Source: a virus. From it: DNA of 64,000 nt. Positions 36,201 through 44,012 of the stretch are shown here, piece after piece (the first letter of the stretch is position 1; each line of letters starts with the position of its first letter). Location: positions 1 through 64,000 of the IMG/VR virus record IMGVR_UViG_3300028384_000991, one strand, 5' to 3'. The notes below the pieces were generated by a model. The model saw only the letters and a program-made list of their open reading frames with translations, had not been told where the DNA came from and did no database searches. A program made the translations under genes and the position numbers.

Positions 36201-39156
36201 AAAAGTCAGTGCTGTTCTTGGTAATACTAATCTAAGAACAACACACTTTAGAGTAAAGTTTGATAGAGTTACAGGTACATTCTTTATTACTACACTTGAT
36301 GAAACAGAAACATTTTTAGGATCAGGCAGTAAGTTTACATATAAATTAAAATGGCCAGCAGATGTTAGAACCGATAAAGTAAAAATAACTGTTGGTGACG
36401 AAGAAGTTTTACCAAGCAGATACACTATTGAAAATGTTGATGATAGCACAGGTAGAACACACGAAAGAAAAATTGCAAAAATAACTTTTGATACACCACC
36501 TGCTAATAATAAAACAATTACTGTTGAATACAAAAAAGATATTTCTTTACTAAGTGCGGCAGATAGAATTAACTTGTTCTATGATCCAGAAACAGGAATG
36601 GTGGCAAACGATCTTGGTCAATTACTTGATGGTATTGACTACGGTGGAGTACAAGTTAAGAGTTTCGACTTTGGCGGAGGCTCGGGTTGGAGTGCAGATG
36701 AATGGTTTACATCTGCATATGATACGTATGATAATACATACGAAGACGAAGTTTTCCGTTTAAGTGACGACAGTACGAAAGTTTACGACTTTGCAAAAAC
36801 ACTTGAAACAGATGTAACATACAACGTTTACAAAAACGGTACAAGAATTGACGATCCTAACTTTGGAACCCCAGAGCAAACAAATCCTAATGCATTAATC
36901 AGCAGTATTACAGGTGCTGGACAAACAGGATTTATTTTAACAGATGACGGTACCGAAGTTGCTTCAACTGTAATTAAGTTTGACGAAGAAGTTGTTCCAA
37001 CGCAAAGCGGTGATGTAATTGTTATTAGAAAAAATACATCCGACGGTTCATTTATTCCTGATCCAAGAGCGTATGATACTATTGTAACAGGCGGTGATCT
37101 TGCTTACTCAAGTGCAACAGGTTTAAATCCAGAAGATATTAACATTGATGGTGATGGATTTGTTACGCCTACAACTTCAAAAGGTCCAGAAGAACTTGTT
37201 CCTGGACAAGTACTTGATACTTTAGATATTAAAGTATACGACAGAGTTGGTGAAGGCGGAAGTATTATTGAAAGTGTTTCACACGTAGCAGACGGAACAA
37301 CAGCAACTTATTCATTTACTGGTATACCGCAAAGCAAAGATGCAGTGTTTGTAAAAGTTGATAATGTTATTGTTTACAATTACACAGTAAATTACAAAGA
37401 TAAAGAAATTACATTTACATCTGCTCCAGCAAATAATGATAGAATTAATATTATTACAATGAGTGGCAACGGTGAAGCAATTCTTGATATGGATACATTT
37501 ACAGGTGACGGGTCAACTCTCCAGTATGTAACACAGGTTGATTGGAGAGATGAATTAAACAGTATTGTTACAGTAAATGGCGAGAAAGTAAACTATATTT
37601 TAGAAACAACAGATAGTTCATATGATTCAGCAAACAAAGTTGTAATTAGTTTTGGTGCACCACCTGCAGATAATTCAGTAATTAACTTTGCAATATACGC
37701 AAGTGAAGCACAAACATTTAGTGAAATTATCACAGACAACTTAGTAGCAGACGGAAGCAGTGTTAATTACAGTTTAAGTGTAACTCCGTTCAGTAGTTTA
37801 CCTTCAAGTCATAACATAATTGTTAAGGTAGGTGATAATATTCTAAATGCTGGATATAATGAAAAGTTCACAGTAGATAATAGAATCGAATATCAATTAC
37901 GTAACTGGCAACAACCAGGTGGTACACTTGGTGCAGATGACATTATTGTATTGCTTAACGGCAGACAATTAACATACACATCAGACTTTATTTTCCGTCC
38001 AGCAAACTCAAGTGTTGAAATTTTTGAAAACGTTGCTCAACAAGGCGATACATTAGAAGTGTTTGTTACTACAGATGGCGAATACACAATAAGTGGAAAT
38101 ACTTTAACATTAGATACTGCTCCTGCAGAAGATACTACAATCAAAGTAACACACTTTAGTAAACATGATGTACAGCAAATTGATCGTAAAAATTATGATA
38201 TTGTAACCAGAACAACTATTCAGTTTGAAAGTGTTGCTGATATAGAGTATAATCATTTACTTGCAGGATTAATTAAACTGCAAAGACCAACAATTGATGC
38301 TGAATATGTTTGGATTATTGTAAATGGTAGATTACAAACTCCAAGTGTTGACTATAAAGTAACAAATGACAGACTGTTTGTACGTATGGCACAGCCGTTA
38401 AACGAAAATGATACCATTGAAGTTATTCAGTTTGCTGAAGACGGTCCAACAGTTGCTAAGTTTGGTTACAGACAGTTTAAAGATATGTTGAATAGAACTG
38501 TTTATAAACGCTTAGGTGATGTAAATAGTTACAGATTAGCACAGGATCTTAAAGTATTTGATAAAGAAATTGTAGTTGATGATGCATCAACTATGTTTGT
38601 ACCAGATAAAGATTCAAACACACCAGGTGTATTGTTTGTAAACGGCGAACGTATTGAGTATATGGTCAAAGATGGTAATAGTTTACAGCAACTTCGCAGA
38701 GGTACAATGGGTACTGGTGTTAAAGATCTACATAATATTGGAGATCAACTGTTTGATCAAGGCTTCCAGCAGACTGTTCCATACCAAGATCAAACATTGG
38801 TTAACACATTTGACGGAGATGGAACTACAACAGCATTTAACTTAGATTGGGAACCTAACAGTGTTAACGAATTTGAAGTATTTGTAGGCGGTAAACGCTT
38901 ACGAAAAACAGCCATTCAGGTGTTTGATGTAACTGTGGATCAAGATTCACCAGAGGGCGATGTAACAGCACCAGCAGAATTTAGTATTAGTTCGCCAAAT
39001 ATACTAACTATTACTAATCCACCTGCAGACGGTGTGCGTGTTACAGTAATTAGAAAAATTGGTAAAATATGGAATGAGCCAGGAAAAACGTTAGGCAAGT
39101 CGGAAAATGCAATAGCACAGTTCTTAAGAGCAGAAGACGTTGACTTACCTAAATAA
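24274..39156 (+). CDS. Giant multi-domain baseplate wedge protein (gp7-position), 4960 aa
   Basis: Uninterrupted ORF coupled to gp6 (TAATG). Contains FG-GAP-like blades, short aromatic Y..x.D.V.Y modules, I.N.G.GY repeats, Ig-like (GDGST..F/Y..V.VNG) repeats and a C-terminal ERIEY..LRRGTMGT motif. Confidence 0.75.
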   Translation: MAYDNDQNEFPISPDGENEKRTSLSHLPRYFRTPANKKFLTSTLDQLTQPGVVEKLNSYYGRKDAKAFTQDDNYVGDVSKQREDYQLEPAVVLKDNVDNVNFYKDYNDYINQLRSFGNNNKDHSKINAQEYYAWNPHIDWDKFVNFREYYWLPSGPQVLPIYGQNKEIVSTFKVSLEENDDNVVYKFTPTGLTQNPTLKLYKGQTYIFEVDCPGHPIAFATNRAFTPGQAIITETVEGVLAPGKFEAELFDSDGYDTGEYIVEPVEGGITGWTEGDNVSTLYTDGVESATVFVEKGTLKFTVPLDAPDRLFYISKNDVNTSGTILMYNILENTEINVEEEILQKKTYTTRTDVDLSNGMLVEFLGDVTPAKYGEGTWYVEGVGDSIKLINKNDLEITGAYSSNLFVPFDTENFDKLPFGQALNYPKEQDYITINRAAIDGNQWSRHNRWFHRDVIEKVAKANGTEVDIDQSQRAKRPIIEFDPGLRLYNYGSKFKSNVDLIDDKTNDVFSIIEGSIGYNVDGVDLIEGQRVLFTADPDIRVNGRIYKVKFINHLGTRQIALQEETDTDPQTNETVLVQNGTENQGKIYWYNGTKWIKAQDKLTSNQAPLFDLYDDSDTTFSTYESNTFTGTKLFSYKEGNGANDSVLGFPLTYRNIENSGDIVFSFDLLNNEFTYQVGQVSYTQKTDVATLRKYTDLNAYENVSGWKKAATDSKQKVIRQYVVEGQKNNFAVDVYNRSGDLNELDVKVFVNNERRTDWEINRENGIAYITFTKNLTNGDNIILHCTSEADKNDNGHYAFPINLQNNPLNDNIVDFTYGEVADHVTTIIENVEGFTGNYPGSSNLRNLGQLSEYGTKFVQHSGPVSLASYHITNKNYNIVKSLRFARKEYAKFKRSFISIASELGIDGNARFLTDKIIEKFKSEKSKQTAFYWTDMIGSGASTKRSFTVVDTGNKFYSLTNPFNLNDVSAKAVYVYVNDEQLLHNRDYTFTNEGFIQITDKVTLAVDDIVDVYEYESTDASYIPPTPTKLGLWPLHIPEKYTDNTYQTPQTVIKGHDGSIIKAYGDYRDDVILELEKRIYNNVKVAYDKEIFDVDSFIGHKSRDTGFTNEDLDDIIITDFAEWLAIAGDPDYTDNSFYDRTNSFTWNYSYMSDPDSKPLPGFWRAIYKQYFGTDTPHTTPWKILGFIDKPDWWETVYGPAPYTKENLILWEDLQEGRVRQPDNPIRYRPNYARKDLLKYIPVDSQGTLLSPYESGYAQGLIVPETNRQFVFGDEAPTETAWRRSSELPFAYITAWAIHQPAKVIGLGFDRSRIKRNAANDLVYTGNDKRVRLSDLIFPNTSDSTVRVTTAGLVNYIFNYINADVTKLNETYSSEVKNLSVQLGFKIGGFTTKDKFRLILDSRTPNNKGNVFIPEENYKLFVNTSSPIDTVSYSGVIIEKRPGGYIVRGYDKAKPYFNYYPYIERAKDPVINVGGVSESFLEWQSGQRYQKDQIVRFGDNYFRVKVSGTFDTFEQDNFAKLAELPIEGGKDAILRRNFETETAKLNYGTLYRTTQEVVDFLLGYGKYLEDKGFVFSKFNNNIETIENWELSAREFLFWTTQNWNSGALITLSPSAVNLQFYRDYAVVDNIFDNFYDYTLLKADGQKLQEDFANTIRSSQNEFGLTLKNTADGIYFVKLPLVQKEHVCLLDNKTVFNDTIYNPGPGYRQQRVRVLGYRSVDWNGSINIPGFTLDNVKITDWAENVDYNISDVVYYKTRYYSAKYKIPGATEFNDDDWYLLTDKPEPKLIPNFDYKANQFADFYDLDTDNFDSEQQRLAQHLIGYQKRTYLENIINDDVSQYKFYQGFIQDKGTLNSLEKLFDALSNTENSSLEFFEDWAFKVGQYGASDSFEEVEYEIDESKIRLSPQPFQLTQTIDPLATDLVYRYTPVDVYNKPENYNHAPFPTKYIDENDSYIKTAGYVAEEDVDFKVTNYNDILDLDLNQVSVGQYIWVAKRAQTWDVLRQTETDMKVVSIINSDSSKSIEIKTRKAPTVEKDDIIGVLGVGTSQNRFYKVLRVSLDVIYAETTGEVDDAEETSGFILKLISSRVSTLNDVNSKITRDNYSTQERVWVDNDENNRWTVVENTNNYELRQSLVNSTIPGTLGTDTRSFGTSISANNNNTIVVAGSPGTTEAGRVDIHFRPGENINLVLSQSIDCPENYLSGENSFGRATALSSDGKWLFVGVPYASNVKTKYRGQFAPAAVYQKDEIVKYTNQYWKAKSIIEPTDPSLDFPSFSSHLQHLISTYDTTTNQYDNIYYILRGNFLFQEEQTDHVLIRAPRLAYVATTPGDELELVWNDINTRYPSGVQPFNGNPTLSKTFFDGRHEIADKIDDILLVDNTQAIPSVGETISSSTAVGIVAFAYTTGDNRTLIYIRDANGDFESTGNLFVGDIGIGAYERAVEQDVDGLGGWWKINVGSDYQSIATIETKPYLVIKDVIQEGSGRTPNYYENVLRITDDPSSPTTTSYIESLTFTGDDGDEIADKWVFRAPRSLDANLAVGDTLNFFFNEYRNADNLLQDPSVISSVITHDYLNNNAHTIDDLWDGWIEVNLTNFDDRGSPTEGDADYNPNYGNPFIPVVGDIVQDNDTLATAEVTYVEKTFNDLRLWVKNTTGTWKLGLNNGNISSLSIVGGSQGVGVIRLVGTTDTVNLQSTTAGFIVVVDRGTNLPRGTTRTLQGFEYWVYKSQLLDGIARDANPPSKTNNDWQRVYNIPADESGTASTLQRQGAYAIYERNASNFYQLNGIYVTPDLEAERYLGSDIKIVSHTNNTYSAYILSKGNGTFDQPGRINIINWSADGGWKLGADEDYRGDFLTTVTYFKDEYVKQNGNVYQAKTNLIPGAFDVNDWEEITTGVDLNGFLPNSTGFIVGTDSAIETDNLYEFGTQFGVSFTGDVLATIAKYGDAVDSSIATRKLVIYRKSLLGHYVFDQMIDAPYANINYGDSIAVSTDGKFIAVGAPNYTDTYANQGTVFIYEQVNGRFEQVQHLTGPKGLPNEKFGTVVRYDNDRIVVHSAGGDLFSNTEIDSGTTVFDNATTRFTSKLVDTGEVFVFELLGNRYVYSDKLEFADTRTLYFGRTMLIKGNHIYVSLPQYTRENNNSSGLVLDYRVKSNSRLWERKRNARPLVNLDKIKSISVYNKDTKIVEEYLDYIDPIQGKIAGTAEVELSFKTSFDPATYNNVIEGKVNKDITTFTAGEMVGKLWWDTDAVRFINPYSNTGNIFNVSNTMNTIFPGTEIEVYEWVESLLTPEQWDAEADSESGVARGISGTTKYGMNAYSTKKVYDKPAQKFTTYYYYWVRNKKTVPDVPGRTVSAADVQELIRDPSGQGYKYISLLNNNEWTTHNIESTIRGLNTILKFAYWTIDNTEKNIHNQYAIITDGLETSVPKSDLERKWFDSLIGYDEQGREVPDRFLSEKQRYGILNTPRQTMFVNRIEALKQLVERINGVLIKNVLIDDFDLSNLEENDPIPTLASRRYDVQIDSNKELEFVAVGRVQRATLSATIQDGKILRVDITNPGRGYKTVPTVKINSSTGEDAEIALEINNVGTVTSATVIDSGRNYQQGDTITVRNFTVLTTVDESYANKWSLYEYQGGTDPWDRVASQRFDVKPYWNYVDWYATGYNDLTKADFVIDETYELESLDDSFGSIVKINSVGSGGWLLLRKIDDQANVDYTVNYETIGRQNATIQLDKSIYDYNDQLVGFDSFGYDDSAFDLQPVDELRIIFKALRDKILVDNLAIHYNELFFAQMRYVLSEQKFVDWMFKTSFVKAKHNIGKLRKDITFNNDFLESYEAYANEVKPYKTKIREYLSTYEGEEKSQTMVTDFDLPAVYDEQQGKIVPQNAVVVDDEVRVASDVINSYPYKHWKDNASFQIKEISIADAGSGYENAPGVEFVGGGGTGATATAYVGGGKITEIKIDNPGTGYVSAPSIVLNGSVADGGRTAKVSAVLGNTNLRTTHFRVKFDRVTGTFFITTLDETETFLGSGSKFTYKLKWPADVRTDKVKITVGDEEVLPSRYTIENVDDSTGRTHERKIAKITFDTPPANNKTITVEYKKDISLLSAADRINLFYDPETGMVANDLGQLLDGIDYGGVQVKSFDFGGGSGWSADEWFTSAYDTYDNTYEDEVFRLSDDSTKVYDFAKTLETDVTYNVYKNGTRIDDPNFGTPEQTNPNALISSITGAGQTGFILTDDGTEVASTVIKFDEEVVPTQSGDVIVIRKNTSDGSFIPDPRAYDTIVTGGDLAYSSATGLNPEDINIDGDGFVTPTTSKGPEELVPGQVLDTLDIKVYDRVGEGGSIIESVSHVADGTTATYSFTGIPQSKDAVFVKVDNVIVYNYTVNYKDKEITFTSAPANNDRINIITMSGNGEAILDMDTFTGDGSTLQYVTQVDWRDELNSIVTVNGEKVNYILETTDSSYDSANKVVISFGAPPADNSVINFAIYASEAQTFSEIITDNLVADGSSVNYSLSVTPFSSLPSSHNIIVKVGDNILNAGYNEKFTVDNRIEYQLRNWQQPGGTLGADDIIVLLNGRQLTYTSDFIFRPANSSVEIFENVAQQGDTLEVFVTTDGEYTISGNTLTLDTAPAEDTTIKVTHFSKHDVQQIDRKNYDIVTRTTIQFESVADIEYNHLLAGLIKLQRPTIDAEYVWIIVNGRLQTPSVDYKVTNDRLFVRMAQPLNENDTIEVIQFAEDGPTVAKFGYRQFKDMLNRTVYKRLGDVNSYRLAQDLKVFDKEIVVDDASTMFVPDKDSNTPGVLFVNGERIEYMVKDGNSLQQLRRGTMGTGVKDLHNIGDQLFDQGFQQTVPYQDQTLVNTFDGDGTTTAFNLDWEPNSVNEFEVFVGGKRLRKTAIQVFDVTVDQDSPEGDVTAPAEFSISSPNILTITNPPADGVRVTVIRKIGKIWNEPGKTLGKSENAIAQFLRAEDVDLPK

Positions 39157-39176
39157 ATACAATGTAGGATAACAAA

Positions 39177-39791
39177 ATGACAGACAACTTATTAGACAAA
39201 AACGGAGTATTAGTGCAAGGGCATATTAAGATATTTGACCCCGAATCTAAGGAAATTTTAATAGATAAACGCAATGCTATTCATTATGAAAATATGAGTA
39301 TAGCACTTGCTGAATCTTTGGCCAACGCAGGACAAGGATTTGTATACGAAATGGCATTTGGTAATGGTGGTACAAGTGTTGATCCTACAGGCATTATTAC
39401 ATACCTAACACCAAATTCAACAGGAACAAACGCAAGTCTTTACAATCAAACATATAAAAAGATCGTAGATGATCAGTCTGTCAACAACGTCGATCCTAAC
39501 AGAAACAAGATTGAAACAAGACACGTAACAGGTACAAATTACACAGATATCATTGTTCAATGTTTACTTGACTATGGAGAGCCAAACGGTCAAGAAGCAA
39601 ATGATACAGCAACAAGCACAGAAAGTCAATTTGTATTTGATGAATTAGGACTTGTTAGTTATTCTCCAACAGGAGACGGCAGATTACTTACACACGTAAT
39701 TTTCCATCCAGTACAAAAGAGTTTAAACAGATTAATTCAAATTGACTATACAGTTAGAATACAATCATTAACTGGTTTTAACGAGGGGTAA
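39177..39791 (+). CDS. Baseplate/tail-associated structural protein
   Basis: TAAATA at 39150-39159, SD AGGA; MAFGNGG, FDELGL, LLTHVIFHPVQKS..IQIDYTVR motifs seen in baseplate/fibre-attachment proteins. Confidence 0.6.
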   Translation: MTDNLLDKNGVLVQGHIKIFDPESKEILIDKRNAIHYENMSIALAESLANAGQGFVYEMAFGNGGTSVDPTGIITYLTPNSTGTNASLYNQTYKKIVDDQSVNNVDPNRNKIETRHVTGTNYTDIIVQCLLDYGEPNGQEANDTATSTESQFVFDELGLVSYSPTGDGRLLTHVIFHPVQKSLNRLIQIDYTVRIQSLTGFNEG

Positions 39792-39795
39792 TTAA

Positions 39796-41877
39796 ATGGC
39801 ATATTCAATTAATTACACAGACATTACAAACAAAGGTAGTATTGTAATTGAAGATAATACTGTTGATACTACAACAACCTTAAGTATCCCAGGAAGATTT
39901 ACAACAGACTATGGTTCGTTAATTGGTCAAAACTTTTTACAATTATTAGAAAATTTTGCAAACAACAATGCACCTCAAAGACCTATTGAAGGACAACTTT
40001 GGTATGACACAAGCATTGGTGTTAATCTACTTAAACTTTATGACGGTACTAACTGGATTGAAGCAGGTGGTTTAAAGCGAGGCGAATCAGCACCAGATGT
40101 TGCTAACTCTGTTGCAGGAGACCTTTGGGCAGATACAGACAATCAACAACTTTATTTGTTTACAGGTTCGGGTTGGATTCTTGTAGGACCAGAGTTTAGT
40201 GATGGGTTAGCCGCAGGTGTTAGACCTACTACACTAACAGGTACAGACAACATTAACTATACTGCACTTCAAGTTGAGATTGGCGGTAAAGTACTTGCAA
40301 TTTATGCAACAAGTGCATTTACACCTAAGTCAACAATTACAGGATTTACAACAATCAAACCTGGCTTTAATATGAGCAGTAGTAATATTACTGGAGCAGG
40401 TGTTCCTAAGTATTACGGCGTTGCAGAAAAAGCAGAAGCATTAATTATTCCTGGTGAACCAGAACCAGTACCAGCGTCAAACTTTTTAAGAGGTGACAAA
40501 TTATCTGTATCAGGACAAGCACTTACTATTAGAAATAACTCCGGGGTATCAATTGGTAGTGATGCAGTTGTCCAAGTTGGTATTGAAGGACAGAATGCAA
40601 TTATTTCAAATAATACATCAGGTGCAAACATTGACCTACGTATTAACAATGCAGGTAACCTACAACCTGTACTAAGAATTGACTCAACACAAAAAGTTGG
40701 TATTAATAACCTATCACCACAAGAAGCACTTGATGTTACAGGTAATGCAATTATTTCAAATAATCTTGTTGTCAACGGAATTGCAGAAGCAGTTAATATT
40801 GGAACAGGTAGTATTACTACAAAAGGTGGTCTTGGTGTTGCTAAGAGTTTACGAGTTGGTAATAACTTTGAAGTCAACGGTAACACAACATTTGGCGGAA
40901 CAATTTTACCAGATACAACCAATGCAATTAACATTGGATCAACAACATTTAAATTTGCAGAAATAAATGCAAACACAGTTAGAGCAAACTTAGTAGGTAA
41001 TGTTACAGGAACAGTTACAGGACGTTCAGGAAGTTCAGACAAACTTGCAAGTAGAACTACATTTAGAATTAGTGGTGATGTAACAGCCCCAGATGTAATT
41101 TATGATGGACAGTATACTGCACCGGGCGAAACTACACTTGTAAAAGAATTTGATATTACTGTAAACAGTACATTTATTACTAACAAACCTGGAGTACCAA
41201 GTTCAAGATTTGACGATGAAATTTTAATCAACAGAGTCAATGATGAAAACGGTAGTGGTACAGGTGTTAAGAAGATTTCAAGAAGCAACTTATTTGCTTC
41301 ATTACCAGTTAATCCAATTGGTATTATTACACCTTATGCAGGTGAAATGACAACAGCAAGAGAACAAGAACTTGATTTAGCAGGTTGGTTACCATGTGAT
41401 GGTAGAGAAGTTTTTATTGTTGACCACACTGACTTGTATGATGTTATTGGTACAAGGTACAAAGCAAACCCAACTATTGGTAAATTTGCACTACCAGATT
41501 TACGTGGTAGATTTCCATTAGGTATGGACAACATGGGTACAACACAAGGATCGGCAAATAGAGTTGTAAACGAAAACGCAGATGTTGTTGGTGGTACTGC
41601 TGGAGTTGAAAAGAAACCAATTGCAGTTGAAAACTTACCAGAACACGAACACGATTTACGTGGACCAAGTGGTACACAATATTATGTAACACGAGATGTT
41701 CAAGGTACACCAATTGATGACGATGCTACTCAGACAGATGCACCAACAGGTACAAATGCAGGACAGAAGTTTCCGTTCTCGGGTGGTGTTGTAAGTAATA
41801 ATCAAGTAGGCCAAGATTTTGATGTAATGAATCCATACTTGGCTGTTAATTACATAATTTACGCGGGGGCAGACTAA
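39796..41877 (+). CDS. Short tail fibre-like protein with tail-collar domain
   Basis: PIGIITPYAG..GWLPCDG..LYDVIGTRY..FALPDLRGRFPLG collar; NLPEHEH metal-binding tip; MNPYLAVNYII end. Confidence 0.8.
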   Translation: MAYSINYTDITNKGSIVIEDNTVDTTTTLSIPGRFTTDYGSLIGQNFLQLLENFANNNAPQRPIEGQLWYDTSIGVNLLKLYDGTNWIEAGGLKRGESAPDVANSVAGDLWADTDNQQLYLFTGSGWILVGPEFSDGLAAGVRPTTLTGTDNINYTALQVEIGGKVLAIYATSAFTPKSTITGFTTIKPGFNMSSSNITGAGVPKYYGVAEKAEALIIPGEPEPVPASNFLRGDKLSVSGQALTIRNNSGVSIGSDAVVQVGIEGQNAIISNNTSGANIDLRINNAGNLQPVLRIDSTQKVGINNLSPQEALDVTGNAIISNNLVVNGIAEAVNIGTGSITTKGGLGVAKSLRVGNNFEVNGNTTFGGTILPDTTNAINIGSTTFKFAEINANTVRANLVGNVTGTVTGRSGSSDKLASRTTFRISGDVTAPDVIYDGQYTAPGETTLVKEFDITVNSTFITNKPGVPSSRFDDEILINRVNDENGSGTGVKKISRSNLFASLPVNPIGIITPYAGEMTTAREQELDLAGWLPCDGREVFIVDHTDLYDVIGTRYKANPTIGKFALPDLRGRFPLGMDNMGTTQGSANRVVNENADVVGGTAGVEKKPIAVENLPEHEHDLRGPSGTQYYVTRDVQGTPIDDDATQTDAPTGTNAGQKFPFSGGVVSNNQVGQDFDVMNPYLAVNYIIYAGAD

Positions 41878-43979
41878 TGGCATATCAGATTAATAAAACT
41901 AACGGAGATTTGTTAGTAGAATTAGTTGACGGACAACTTAATACACAAACAACTGACATTTCACTGATTGGTAGAAATTATTCTGGCTTTGGTGAAAGCA
42001 TCAACGAAAACTTCGTTAAGATGTTAGAAAACTTCACTAACACACAAGCACCTGCAAATCCTCTTACTGGTCAATTATGGTACGACAGCGGAGAAGCAAG
42101 ATTAAAAATCTGGAATGGTACAAATTTTAAAAGTGCAGGCGGACCTATTGTAAGTCCTACACAACCGCAATTAGTATCAGGCGATCTTTGGATTGATAAT
42201 CAAAACAACAAATTATATTTTTATGATGGAACTGATTTGGTTCTTGTTGGACCGCAGTATGCAAGTTCGGAAGGACTATCTGGTTTTTCAACAGAAACAG
42301 TTCTTGATACAACACAAACAAACAGAACACTTGTAAACTTAAATGTAGGTGGACAAACTGAAGCAGTAATTTCAAGAATTAGATTTACACCTGATGCAAG
42401 TAATCCTATTAATGGCATTACTGGTGCTGTAGAAAAAGGTATTAATGTACTTAACGATGATTTTAAATTCCACGGTACAGCAACATCTGCAGATACAATT
42501 ATTAACGCACAAGGTGTTAAGAAAAATGCATCTCAATTTTTACCTACAGACGCCAATGGTGTAACCAACGGTACAATTACTACAATTAACAACGGTGGTA
42601 TTACAGTAGGTCCTGAAGATAATATTGTTATAAAAATTGATTCAAATCAAACAGTAATTGCTAACCAAGTAAGAGATAGAAATCTTACATTTAAAGTTAG
42701 ACAAGCAGGCGGCGAAGCAAGTGCAATTAAAGTACAAACACAACAAGGGTATCTTGGAATATTTAATGACAATCCAACAGCAACTCTTGATGTAGGCGGC
42801 GATGTTAAAATCAGCGGTAACTTAACAATTACAGGTGAAACTTTTCAAACAGATACAGAAAATTTACGTATCCAAGATAAAAATATTGAACTTGCAATTT
42901 CATCAGATAGTACACTTTTAACTGACGCACAAGTAGATGATGCAGGTATTATTGTTAGAGCAACTCCGAGCAATAAAGAAATATTATGGAAGCAAACAAC
43001 AAATGCATTTACTTCAAATGTATTTTGGGATTCTACACAAGGTTACAAACTTAACGGCAACACAGTATTAAGTGGAACAAGTTTAAGTTATGTAACAAGT
43101 GCTCCTGATATGCAAACACTTGGAACACTTACAAATCTTAATGTCGATAATGTAAACATTGATGCACAAAAAGTTTCTTCAACTGTTGGTAACTTGCAAC
43201 TTGAAAGTACTTCAGGCGAAATTGAAGTTTTAAGTTCAAATAGAATTACAGGTTTAGGTACGCCTACATCGGGTAGTGATGCGGCAAACAAAGATTATGT
43301 AGATAGTGCAATTGACAGTGAAGGTGTTGTGATGGCACTTAACATTACAGGATTAGGATATGATCCAGTGCAAAACGGAGGCGCAACTTTTGCTTCTAAC
43401 ATTACAACATTACTTGAAGAAATTGTACCAGCAAATACAAAACGAAATGGTACTATTGCAAAAATTCATGCAACAGACCAAACAGGTGCTTCTGCAACAC
43501 TTTCAGCGGCAGATTTAAATACTGCTCTTGAAGAAAGCACAGTATCAGTAGATAAAACTGTTACAGTAGCAACAAGAACAATTACAAGCGTGACAACTGG
43601 TGCAACAACTATTTTAACATTAGATGCTGTACACGGATATGATGCAGGACGTAACGTGGTAATAGCAGGAGCAACATATAATACAGGAACAGCGTGGGCT
43701 AATTTAAACGGAACATGGAATATTGAACGTATTGTTAGTTCAACGCAAATAGAAGTATCAGCAGACACAAGTACAGATGGTGCGTTTGCGTATGATGCTT
43801 CAAGTGGTACTACAGAAAGGGTCACCGAAACAGGTCAAGAAAACGAAGACGTACTAAAAGACGTTGAATTTACTGATGTAACCGGTGCTGTAACACTAAC
43901 AGTGAACAGATATGTCCTAACTTGTACTGTAACAGGAGGTGCTTGGACTTATACCAGCGGAGCAAGTTCTGCGGTATAA
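41877..43979 (+). CDS. Tail fibre-like protein (paralog 2)
   Basis: Shared N-terminal MAY.IN.T.G..G.NY.G.GE..NENF..LENF..GQLWYD module; DAANKDYVD fibre motif. Confidence 0.7.
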   Translation: MAYQINKTNGDLLVELVDGQLNTQTTDISLIGRNYSGFGESINENFVKMLENFTNTQAPANPLTGQLWYDSGEARLKIWNGTNFKSAGGPIVSPTQPQLVSGDLWIDNQNNKLYFYDGTDLVLVGPQYASSEGLSGFSTETVLDTTQTNRTLVNLNVGGQTEAVISRIRFTPDASNPINGITGAVEKGINVLNDDFKFHGTATSADTIINAQGVKKNASQFLPTDANGVTNGTITTINNGGITVGPEDNIVIKIDSNQTVIANQVRDRNLTFKVRQAGGEASAIKVQTQQGYLGIFNDNPTATLDVGGDVKISGNLTITGETFQTDTENLRIQDKNIELAISSDSTLLTDAQVDDAGIIVRATPSNKEILWKQTTNAFTSNVFWDSTQGYKLNGNTVLSGTSLSYVTSAPDMQTLGTLTNLNVDNVNIDAQKVSSTVGNLQLESTSGEIEVLSSNRITGLGTPTSGSDAANKDYVDSAIDSEGVVMALNITGLGYDPVQNGGATFASNITTLLEEIVPANTKRNGTIAKIHATDQTGASATLSAADLNTALEESTVSVDKTVTVATRTITSVTTGATTILTLDAVHGYDAGRNVVIAGATYNTGTAWANLNGTWNIERIVSSTQIEVSADTSTDGAFAYDASSGTTERVTETGQENEDVLKDVEFTDVTGAVTLTVNRYVLTCTVTGGAWTYTSGASSAV

Positions 43980-44012
43980 CGATAAATACATACAATAAAG
44001 GGGTTATTAACT

